A DNA stretch of 63,952 nucleotides, the filler included, from a bacterium (GTDB lineage: Bacteria; UBP15; UBA6099; JAJRTR01): assembly GCA_024278215.1 (NCBI GenBank). It is 7 parts of 7 records of this genome, joined end to end, with 100 filler letters (N's around TTAATTAATTAA, not from the genome) between each part and the next. Parts side by side here need not be neighbours in the genome. Positions count along the whole stretch, not along the records: positions 24,042 to 45,229 come from JAJRTR010000084.1; positions 45,330 to 52,200 come from JAJRTR010000087.1; 5 more parts are not named here. One strand, 5' to 3'. Position numbers and translations under genes: made by a program. Positions 41,003 to 49,046 of this stretch are shown in pieces. The notes beneath the pieces were generated by a model. It did no database searches, was not told the origin of the DNA, and saw nothing but the letters and a program-made list of their open reading frames with translations. Within the stretch, counting starts at the first letter, position 1, and each line of letters opens with the position of its first letter.

Positions 41003-41767
41003 ATGACAGATAAGAGAGAGTATCCGCGATACGAGATGAAGGGCAAGGTCAGGTTCAGAGTGCCCGAACAGATGGACATCAGCATGGCGAGTATAAAGAA
41101 CATAAGCGGCGGTGGGCTATGCCTGCTGACGGAGCCGAAAGTGAAGGCAGGCCAGAAGCTGTCGCTGGAATTCGGGCTTCCCGGCGATGTGAAGCCGATA
41201 CTCGGTGTCGGCAAGGTATGCTGGGTGGAAGAGTTGGATTATCCGCTGGGCCGCTTCAACTTCCGTGTCGGAATCGAGTTTGTCAAAATCGACGAAGAAC
41301 GACAGGCCAGAATAGACAAATTCGTCGTCAACTGCCTGAAGAGCCAGATAAAAGAAGAAGTGGGCCGAAAAGAAGGCGAAAGAATACCCGACTCGGATAA
41401 GATCACAATCCTGGCGATCGACGACGACAAGGTAACTCTCAAACTGATAAAGGATGTATTCAAAGACGAGTTCAATGTGATTGTCGCTACCAGCGGACAC
41501 ATGGGTCTGGAAAAAGCCCGCGAACTCGACCCCGACATTATTCTACTCGACATCATCATGCCGGATATGGACGGTTTCTCGACCCTCATGCTCCTGAAGG
41601 ATTTTCCCGAGACGGCGAAGATTCCCGTCATTATGCTTTCAGTGGTACGGGAAAAAACAAAAGTTTTCCAGGCGATCCAACACGGAGCGAACGATTTCAT
41701 GATCAAACCGTTCACATCTGAAACTATCATTAAAAAAATCAAGAAATACAAAAAGAAGAAAAACTGA
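41003..41767 (+). CDS. PilZ + receiver (REC) domain protein
   Basis: REYPR and NISGGG c-di-GMP motifs; IDDD, LLDIIMPDMDG and KPF receiver motifs. Confidence 0.9.
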   Translation: MTDKREYPRYEMKGKVRFRVPEQMDISMASIKNISGGGLCLLTEPKVKAGQKLSLEFGLPGDVKPILGVGKVCWVEELDYPLGRFNFRVGIEFVKIDEERQARIDKFVVNCLKSQIKEEVGRKEGERIPDSDKITILAIDDDKVTLKLIKDVFKDEFNVIVATSGHMGLEKARELDPDIILLDIIMPDMDGFSTLMLLKDFPETAKIPVIMLSVVREKTKVFQAIQHGANDFMIKPFTSETIIKKIKKYKKKKN

Positions 41768-41904
41768 ATAGCCGGTTGAGCAATGATGATAAGGTGAAAG
41801 CCGGAGCTTTCAGTTTTTGCGTTCCCAAAGTGGACCCTGTGAACAATGGAAATAGTTCTACTTCGTTTCAAGGATTATAAATGTCGCAATTGGCTCTATT
41901 TACT

Positions 41905-41980
41905 TAAACTTGTGCGTTTTTCGATATTATGTGAGAATTTCGGGGACATGACTGGAATTTGTCCTGTAATTCCGGATCGT
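41905..41980 (+). repeat. Repeat family C, partial copy
   Basis: 76 bp closely matching 56313-56388. Confidence 0.8.
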
Positions 41981-42126
41981 GTCAAATTTGAAAGTTTTGT
42001 TGTCGCTGTGACACGGTTACAGGCTTATGGCTAACGCTGTTTCCTTAGTGTGGACTATCATAAATGTGGTCGGCACGATTTTTGATAGCTATACATTTCA
42101 ACATATTAAGCGGGAGGAACAGAAAA

Positions 42127-43077
42127 ATGGGAAAGCCGTTTTCAGGAAAACGAATCGGTGTGCTGATGGGTGGAAAATCAGGTGAGCGGGAAGTATCGCT
42201 GAGATCGGGCGCGGGCGTGCTGAACTCGCTGAAGAAGCAGGGTTATGACGCGGTGGGTATAGACGCAGTCGGAGATGTTGACAAAAAGCTACGGGCCGAA
42301 GGTGTCGAAGTCGCTTTTCTCGCGTTGCACGGGCCGGGCGGCGAGGACGGAAAGATACAGGGGCTGCTCGAAACGCTCGAAATCCCTTATACAGGTTCGG
42401 GAGTCACAGCGAGTGCGCTGGCGATGGATAAGGAACTGACGAAACTGGTTCTCGCCCACAACGGGCTGCCTTTCCCGGCAACGGCATATCTTGAAAACAC
42501 ACGTGATATAGACATGCAGTGTGAAAATATCCTGAAAAATGTCGGTCTGCCGGTTTTTCTGAAACCCACTTCTGAAGGTTCCAGCCTGGGTTGCGCAATC
42601 GTGAAAGAAGAAAGAGAACTCAGGCAGCAGGTAAAAGAACTTCTGGCGAGATTCCCCCGTATGCTTGCCGAGCAATATATAAAAGGCGTCGAGTTGACGG
42701 TCGGCGTAATAGGGTCGGGCGACGGCCTGAGGGGGCTGCCCGTGCTGGAACTTGTACCGAAAAATGAGTTTTATGACTATGAAGCAAAATATACGGAAGG
42801 CCTGACCGAACTGATATGCCCGGCGCGCATCTCGGACGAGACACGCGATAAAGTGCAGGCGCTCGCCCTCGAGGCACACAGTGCACTGGGGTGCAGCGGA
42901 GTGTCGCGCGTCGATTTTATTGTGGACGCCGAGCCCGGCGACGCCGTTATTCTGGAAGTCAACACAATCCCCGGCATGACCGTCACCAGCGACCTGCCGC
43001 GAGAAGCCATCGCCGAGGGCGGCAGCTACGACTCACTCGTACTGGAGATACTCGCGTCGGCGGCACTGGGGAAATAG
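42127..43077 (+). CDS. ddl: D-alanine--D-alanine ligase
   Basis: GGKSGEREVSLRSG, LHGPGGEDGKIQG, EGSSLG, FYDYEAKY, LEVNTIPGMT. Confidence 0.96.
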   Translation: MGKPFSGKRIGVLMGGKSGEREVSLRSGAGVLNSLKKQGYDAVGIDAVGDVDKKLRAEGVEVAFLALHGPGGEDGKIQGLLETLEIPYTGSGVTASALAMDKELTKLVLAHNGLPFPATAYLENTRDIDMQCENILKNVGLPVFLKPTSEGSSLGCAIVKEERELRQQVKELLARFPRMLAEQYIKGVELTVGVIGSGDGLRGLPVLELVPKNEFYDYEAKYTEGLTELICPARISDETRDKVQALALEAHSALGCSGVSRVDFIVDAEPGDAVILEVNTIPGMTVTSDLPREAIAEGGSYDSLVLEILASAALGK

Positions 43078-43173
43078 AGGAAACCCTTAGTTTTTTCATA
43101 CAGCGAGCCGATTGCCCTGTTGGCTCGCGCATAGATACAGGCATATGATATAAGAGCATATAATATATGGAGG

Positions 43174-43386
43174 TTGATGCGCGTGAGAACAACAATCGAT
43201 CTGCCTGAAGACCTTCTAAAAGAGGCTATGGAAGTGACGGGCGCTAAAACAATAACCATGACGATCTGCCTGGCCCTCCAGGAATTGATCAGGAAAAAAA
43301 GAATGATGAAAATCCTCGACTACAGGGGAAAGATCGATCTTGATCTGGACACTGTTAAGATCAGAAATGAGCGTGCAGTACGATGA
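43174..43386 (+). CDS. vapB: VapB-family antitoxin
   Basis: RTTIDLPEDLLKEAM...ALQELIR; coupled to the downstream PIN gene. Confidence 0.85.
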   Translation: MMRVRTTIDLPEDLLKEAMEVTGAKTITMTICLALQELIRKKRMMKILDYRGKIDLDLDTVKIRNERAVR

Positions 43387-43775
43387 TGCCGGTTTTGATC
43401 GATACATCGGCATGGGTTTCATATTTTCGGGAAAAGGACAGTACCGAGGGAGAAATAATAGACGGTCTTATAGAAGATACGGCAGTATGCACCACGGGTA
43501 TTGTGGTCGCCAAACTTGTTGCCGGAGCGAAGAACAACAGGGATAAATCAAAACTCGAAAAGATTCTCCGTACTCTTCCGTTTCTTAATATTACGGAACC
43601 GTTATGGTGGAAGGCTGTGGAATATCGCTGGAAAATAAGACTCGACGGATTTACAGACGGATTGCCTGACACTATTATTTCCGCCGCCGCCATCCATTTC
43701 GGCGCGCAACTCTTTACCCTCGACAGTCACTTCGACCATATTGCCGAGTTTATACCTCTTGATTTATTCAAATAA
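43383..43775 (+). CDS. vapC: VapC-family PIN toxin
   Basis: LIDTSAW, PDTIISAAA, LFTLDSHF. Confidence 0.88.
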   Translation: MMPVLIDTSAWVSYFREKDSTEGEIIDGLIEDTAVCTTGIVVAKLVAGAKNNRDKSKLEKILRTLPFLNITEPLWWKAVEYRWKIRLDGFTDGLPDTIISAAAIHFGAQLFTLDSHFDHIAEFIPLDLFK

Positions 43776-43836
43776 CGCCTTGGAAAACATTTCCTTCACA
43801 GGATGACAGACGGTGGCCGAGGAAACGGTTCATGTT

Positions 43837-44985
43837 TCATGTATGGAAAGAGAACTCGAGTCTGCCGGAGGCGAGGGCGAGGGCGAAGAGGAAGTAGAAG
43901 TCGGCGAAGACGCAGGAGCAGTCGACGTCGATTTTCGCGGGTTTGTGGAAGCAGACATGAGCGATAAGGCCGGGCTCGGATTCGGGTACGAGGCAGTTGC
44001 CGATCAGCGCCCGGAGCCATTTGTCGGCGTGTGATATGTATTTTTCTTCATCCAGCATAAGCAATGCGTGAGTAACGATAGCGAGTGCGGAAGAGTCGCG
44101 TGGTTCCTTCTGCCATTCGTACTTTGCGCGCTCGGTTATATCGAGGTCCCACAGTGGAATATTATCGTCGGGCAGGTGGTCGGAGAAATAGGTGAGGGTG
44201 AGGTCGAGTTGCTGTTTGTAATTGGGTTCGCCGGTGAAAAAATAAGCGTAGGCCAGCCCGGAAACAGCCCATGCCTGACCGCGTGCCCATGCGGAGTCCG
44301 GGGCGCGGCCCTGCCATGTTTCTATTTTCATCATCTCCCGTTTGTCAATGTGGAAGTCGCCGATGTGGCAGGTGGAGCCGTCGCTGCGGACGAGATGCTC
44401 GATTGTCGTGTCGACGTGATTGCGCGCTGCTTTTTCGAGTATCTGGTTGTTGGTCGATTGTGCGGCCCACCAGAGAAGCGGCAGGTTCATCATCGTGTCG
44501 ATTGCGATGACGCGGTCAAGAGGTTCGCGCCTGAAGATCGTCATACAGCGGTAAAAAGGAGAGTAGCAACCGAAAAGGCCCGCCGCCGCTTCCATAGCCG
44601 TCCCGGCAAGCTCGATGTCGTCTGTCAACTCCGCGCCCAGGGCTGCCGAAGGAAAGAAAAGGAAACCGAGGTCGTGGATACCCTCTTTTTTTGCGCGGGG
44701 GCTTAATTCCGCAAACCATTTTCGGCCCCAGTCGAGAAAGTCCTTCTCCCCGGTGAGTTTGTATGCGAGGAATAACATGCCGACCCAGAAACCGCCGGTC
44801 CAGTAGCCGTCGATCAGTTTTTTCCATTCTTCCTCGCCGGATGTGGACCAGGTTCCGCCGGACGCGCTGTGCGGGAAACGTGGGAAATCGTCCTGCAATT
44901 CGATGGCAGTGGCGCGGATTTTCCGGATACAGGAATCAAGAACTTTATTATATTCTTTTTTGTGTTCGGTTGTCGGCAAAGACAT
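43837..44985 (-). CDS. GH88 unsaturated glucuronyl hydrolase-like protein
   Basis: WTGGFWVG, HDLGF, IDTMMNLPLL, WARGQAW, RDSSA. Confidence 0.9.
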   Translation of the reverse strand: MSLPTTEHKKEYNKVLDSCIRKIRATAIELQDDFPRFPHSASGGTWSTSGEEEWKKLIDGYWTGGFWVGMLFLAYKLTGEKDFLDWGRKWFAELSPRAKKEGIHDLGFLFFPSAALGAELTDDIELAGTAMEAAAGLFGCYSPFYRCMTIFRREPLDRVIAIDTMMNLPLLWWAAQSTNNQILEKAARNHVDTTIEHLVRSDGSTCHIGDFHIDKREMMKIETWQGRAPDSAWARGQAWAVSGLAYAYFFTGEPNYKQQLDLTLTYFSDHLPDDNIPLWDLDITERAKYEWQKEPRDSSALAIVTHALLMLDEEKYISHADKWLRALIGNCLVPESEPGLIAHVCFHKPAKIDVDCSCVFADFYFLFALALASGRLEFSFHT

Positions 44986-45229
44986 TCCCTCAGAATCAAT
45001 ACATTGCCCTGTACATGCGTCCGTAAGAAGTGCGGCGAGTAATAAAGTGTTACTTATTGCAAGTGGTTCCTTATCTTTTCATTCTTCATCTTTTCATTCT
45101 TCCTGATTTGCGAACGGACTTTTTTCCGGCGGCTGCCAGTCGCTGCCGGACAGCATGCCGGTTTCCCTGTCTATGATTCTCTTCGCGCTGATAGTTACCG
45201 GGTCTCCCGGACCGGCCAGACCCGCGGCG

Positions 45230-45329
45230 NNNNNNNNNNNNNNNNNNNNNNNNNNNNNNNNNNNNNNNNNNNNTTAATTAATTAANNNNNNNNNNNNNNN
45301 NNNNNNNNNNNNNNNNNNNNNNNNNNNNN
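45230..45329. other. Artificial contig linker
   Basis: N44-TTAATTAATTAA-N44. Confidence 0.98.
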
Positions 45330-45495
45330 TAACCGACCTCGGGGCAGGGGGCAGGTCTTCCGTAGCAACTATATCCGACCCCAGCACGCGCCCCCGGCAA
45401 CTTTCCAGCGCAACCTTCTCTTTCGGCACTCTCCTGAAGCCAGCCATCGCCTCGAACAGCGCATCTGGTGTCACAACTTTAAAAAACTCCGGCAC
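45330..45495 (-). CDS. moeA: Molybdopterin molybdotransferase MoeA N-terminus, cut by contig end
   Basis: FFKVVTP...EKVALESCRGRVLGSDIVATEDLPP; GGAGG RBS. Confidence 0.8.
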
Positions 45496-45530
45496 GTAAC
45501 TACCTCCGATTCACATTTCTCTCTGGTGAG

Positions 45531-45708
45531 GAGCCGATTGGAAAATTCTGAATCGCCAGCGGTCGCCTGCAATGTCAACAGCAGCGTTGTCGGCACAAAA
45601 CCTTACTCAACGTACTCTGCGAGTATACCTGCGGAGATTTAACACTTCCGCCTTATTTTTGAACAATTTCGCTCGACCTCGCCTCGAACATGATTTTGCA
45701 ATCGCCTC
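45531..45708 (+). mobile_element. MITE family A, degenerate copy
   Basis: Colinear with the family consensus but with many substitutions; no clear TSD. Confidence 0.8.
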
Positions 45709-45861
45709 TCATATTATATTACTTTACCAAATTATTTTTAATAATGTTGCATAGTTTCAGTGCTTGATTACGCAACTATCGGATCATTTAGTGTTAGAAT
45801 ATATGGTGGTGACTGGATTACGAAGCAGGTGAAAAATCGAAATAAAAACGGAGAAATGAAA

Positions 45862-45969
45862 ATGAACAATTATGGAAAATACAGAACTTTGAACAAGATT
45901 CGATATTCGGTTGCTGTGCTTGTAATCGTAGGCATACTGCTGCTGATAAAAAGCTGCGCTGGCGGCTAA
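45862..45969 (+). CDS. Possible 35-aa single-TM small protein
   Basis: GGAG RBS; basic N-terminus followed by VAVLVIVGILLLI. Confidence 0.35.
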   Translation: MNNYGKYRTLNKIRYSVAVLVIVGILLLIKSCAGG

Positions 45970-46043
45970 CCGCATATTTCACCTCTGCGGGCTGATTCCA
46001 ATACTGCGTACTTTAGAGCATGAAGTGCATCAGAATAGGAAAA

Positions 46044-47285
46044 TCACCTGACCCAGAATCCGAAAGAATTTTCCTTAGTAGCGCCGACATTGTCTTCTGC
46101 ATGAATTATCAGATAGTATTTTCCATGCGGAAGATTTTCACTGAAAGTGTTTGCGTACCCGCAGGGATTTCGTTTCCCATTACAGACGGTTTCTGTTTTA
46201 CTGTTATAATTTATATAATCACCCCGCAAAGTCGAAATGATTTTTTTGATTGTTCGGCCATGTCCGCCGTCTCTTACCATATATTTTATTTCGACAAGTA
46301 CCGAATTCTGATTGGGTGGAATGGTAAAATCTGTGGCAAGACGGTTGGAGAAGTCTATTACGGGTTTGAACAACCCCGCGTCTTTTTCAGGATCATTTTT
46401 CTTCGACGTATTTTTAGATTTATTCATTGTCGGCGCGGGTGAATCGCCGGTGTTTTTGTCTTTGTCCAGTTTTATCGCGGCGTATAATGCCAACCCTGTC
46501 AGCAGGGCTTCCTTTATATTTTTCTTTTTGTTATTATCTTTTTGATCAATATCATCGCCGTTGGGATTGGCCGCATTCTTCGGTGCGCGTCTTCTCATCT
46601 CCTCTATGCGTGCAGACATTTCCGCTTTTGCTCCGTTGCTTGCGGATTCTTCAGTTTCCGGAGCAGCTTTTTTCGAACTGACTCGACGTTTTCTTACAGG
46701 ATGTTTTTCTGACTCTTCTGACTCTTTGTCCTTTTTATCGCCAACCGCTTCAGCGACATCATCATTCTTATCTTCGTCACTGTCAAAATCAGGCACGATA
46801 AGTTCTACGCCCGATTCTCCCTCGACTTCGTCTTTCGACAATCCACTGTCGTAATCGTCTTCTTCGCTTTCATTATCGTTATCCACGATAACGGTTGATT
46901 CGACGTTTGCTTCATTGCCGTCATATTCTCTGCCGGCAATACATGATTTGTATTCAGAGTCGCTTTGTGCGCCGGCGCAGTGGCATTCCGCCTTTTCATC
47001 TTCGCCCAGTTTTGTGTAGCTTTCACACAGATACCAGTGCGGATAGTAATCAACGACATTACCGTCGACGGAGTGAACCCCCGAATCGGAATTGATGCTC
47101 AGAGCGAGTTCGATCTTTGCCGCACAATTTTTGAAATCTCCGCTTTTATAATACTGAACGCCCTGCAGATAATACGTGTTCCATGTTGCCGCGGATGCAA
47201 TGCTGCCAACTGAAAAAAGCATAAACAACACAGGTACCGCGCATACTGAAATAAATATGATCCCTCTTTTGAGTTCGATTCTCAT
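46044..47285 (-). CDS. Secreted hypothetical protein: TPR-like N-domain, charged linker, Ig-like C-domain
   Basis: Signal peptide; YYLQGVQYYKSGDF...YYPHWYL TPR-like motif; Cys-rich. Confidence 0.6.
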   Translation of the reverse strand: MRIELKRGIIFISVCAVPVLFMLFSVGSIASAATWNTYYLQGVQYYKSGDFKNCAAKIELALSINSDSGVHSVDGNVVDYYPHWYLCESYTKLGEDEKAECHCAGAQSDSEYKSCIAGREYDGNEANVESTVIVDNDNESEEDDYDSGLSKDEVEGESGVELIVPDFDSDEDKNDDVAEAVGDKKDKESEESEKHPVRKRRVSSKKAAPETEESASNGAKAEMSARIEEMRRRAPKNAANPNGDDIDQKDNNKKKNIKEALLTGLALYAAIKLDKDKNTGDSPAPTMNKSKNTSKKNDPEKDAGLFKPVIDFSNRLATDFTIPPNQNSVLVEIKYMVRDGGHGRTIKKIISTLRGDYINYNSKTETVCNGKRNPCGYANTFSENLPHGKYYLIIHAEDNVGATKENSFGFWVR

Positions 47286-47543
47286 ATTTCACATCCGTTT
47301 TTTACTGTATTCAGGCGTGTTTTTGCAGTTGGTTATCTGTCGAGCTGATAGCAAAAGGTGCTTCGCCTGCGGTCGGCGGCAATCGACTCGACTGTTGATA
47401 TTTTATTCCAGGCAGTCCTGTTGTCAACATTATGAATGATAATATAATAATATGCAGCTATACGATGTATCGCCGAGAGGCAGCGCGATGCAACGATTCA
47501 ATGTGATTATATACGGTTGCGATCGGCATGACATTATTCCTTT

Positions 47544-47722
47544 GAGCCAATTGCAAAATTATGATTCTGCTGTGGTCGGTTGCTATTGTCCATAGCTGCG
47601 TTGTCGGCAGAAAATCGTCCTCGACGTACTCTACAAGTACGCCTGCGGGGATTTCGCATCTCCGCCTTGCTTCGGAACAATTTCGCTCGACCTCGCTACG
47701 AATATAATTTCGCAATTGGCTC
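47544..47722 (+). mobile_element. MITE family A, full length
   Basis: TIRs present; TSD CTTT. Confidence 0.93.
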
Positions 47723-47767
47723 CTTTTTCTTGACGTTGTAATATCACTTTGTTAGAATTGCTATTCC

Positions 47768-48646
47768 ATGATAAAACTAACTTTTCAGGAATTGATATTC
47801 AGGCTGGAGAAATACTGGTCGGACTACGGATGCGTGATAGCGCAACCGTATGACATAGAAGTGGGCGCAGGCACTATGCACCCGCTTACATTTCTAAAAG
47901 CGCTGGGCGGCGAGCCGTGGAAAGTCGGCTATGTGCAGCCGTCGCGCAGGCCTGCGGACGGTCGTTATGGCGAGAACCCGATGCGTCTTCAGCAATATTT
48001 TCAATATCAGGTAATATTGAAACCATCTCCCGACGATGTGCAGGACCTTTATCTCCGGAGCCTGGAGTCTGTAGGCCTTAGTATAAATGATCATGATATC
48101 CGGTTTGTCGAGGACGACTGGGAATCGCCCACACTTGGTGCCTGGGGACTTGGCTGGGAGGTGTGGCTCGACGGCAACGAGATAACCCAGTTTACATATT
48201 TCCAGCAGGTAGGCGGTATCGACCTGCCGGTTGTCTGTGCGGAGGTCACATACGGACTCGAACGAATATGTATGTATATCCAGGGTGTCGATAATGTTTA
48301 CGAACTGAACTGGACGGAGAATCTGAAATACGGTGATATATACAGGGAAAATGAACGCCAGCAGTCATATTACAACTTGCAGTATGCCGCTGTTGATTCA
48401 CTTTTCACCCTTTTCGATTTGCATGAAAAGGAGTCGAAGATGCTGCTCGATCTCGGCATGCCGCTTCCTGCATACGACCAGGTGCTGAAGTGTTCGCATA
48501 TTTTCAATCTGCTTGACGCGCGTAATGCGATCAGCGTAACGGAGAGGCAGGATGTGATCGGCAGGGTGCGCGACCTGGCAAGCGGATGCGCGAGGCAGTA
48601 TCTGGAGATGATAAGTCCTGAAGAAGAATCGGAAAATGTGGGGTAG
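47768..48646 (+). CDS. glyQ: Glycine--tRNA ligase alpha subunit
   Basis: [44 protein letters not shown]. Confidence 0.98.
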   Translation: MIKLTFQELIFRLEKYWSDYGCVIAQPYDIEVGAGTMHPLTFLKALGGEPWKVGYVQPSRRPADGRYGENPMRLQQYFQYQVILKPSPDDVQDLYLRSLESVGLSINDHDIRFVEDDWESPTLGAWGLGWEVWLDGNEITQFTYFQQVGGIDLPVVCAEVTYGLERICMYIQGVDNVYELNWTENLKYGDIYRENERQQSYYNLQYAAVDSLFTLFDLHEKESKMLLDLGMPLPAYDQVLKCSHIFNLLDARNAISVTERQDVIGRVRDLASGCARQYLEMISPEEESENVG

Positions 48647-48649
48647 GCG

Positions 48650-48955
48650 CAATACTGTTGAGCCAATTGAAAAATTCTGATTCGGCTGCGGTAGGCTGCA
48701 ATTGTCCATAGCTGCGTTGTCGGCACAAAATCATCCTCAACGTACTCCACGAGTACGCCTGTGGTGATTTTGCACCTCCGCCTTGCTTCAGAATAATTTC
48801 GTTCGACCTCGCTTCGAACATAATTTTGCAATTAGCTCTGTTCACTTAATGCTTTTACGACAGGCGAGACGCCTGTTGTACTGACGCGATGATATGAGAT
48901 ACAGTAGCGCAGGCGTCCCGCCTGTGCCGGTCATGACCTTATGTGAAAGGTATTG
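48650..48955. mobile_element. Family D-like element carrying an inverted REP-like doublet, interrupted by MITE A
   Basis: Removing MITE A and one TSD restores CAATACTGTTCACTTAA, which pairs 14/17 with TTATGTGAAAGGTATTG; inner ACAGGCGAGACGCCTGTTGTAC and GTAGCGCAGGCGTCCCGCCTGTG. Confidence 0.65.
48660..48838 (+). mobile_element. MITE family A, full length
   Basis: TIRs present; TSD TGTT. Confidence 0.93.
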
Positions 48956-49046
48956 GATGCAGGCTTAGTTTTCTGATAGAATGCTATATGTACTAATCGT
49001 GATACTAAAAAGATTATTTCAAGTTTCTTAACAACTGGAGAAGCAA

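Noticed and set aside
41850-41896. GCAATTGGCTC single MITE A-like end (also a fragment at 18988-19016)
   Set aside because: Too degenerate to delimit; probably old remnants, so not counted as copies.
47458-48845. Recurrent small ORFs MQNYVRSEVERN... and ANCKILILLRS... (also at 18570, 40645, 52253 and 57323)
   Set aside because: Translations of MITE A; frames differ between copies because of indels and there is no consistent RBS.
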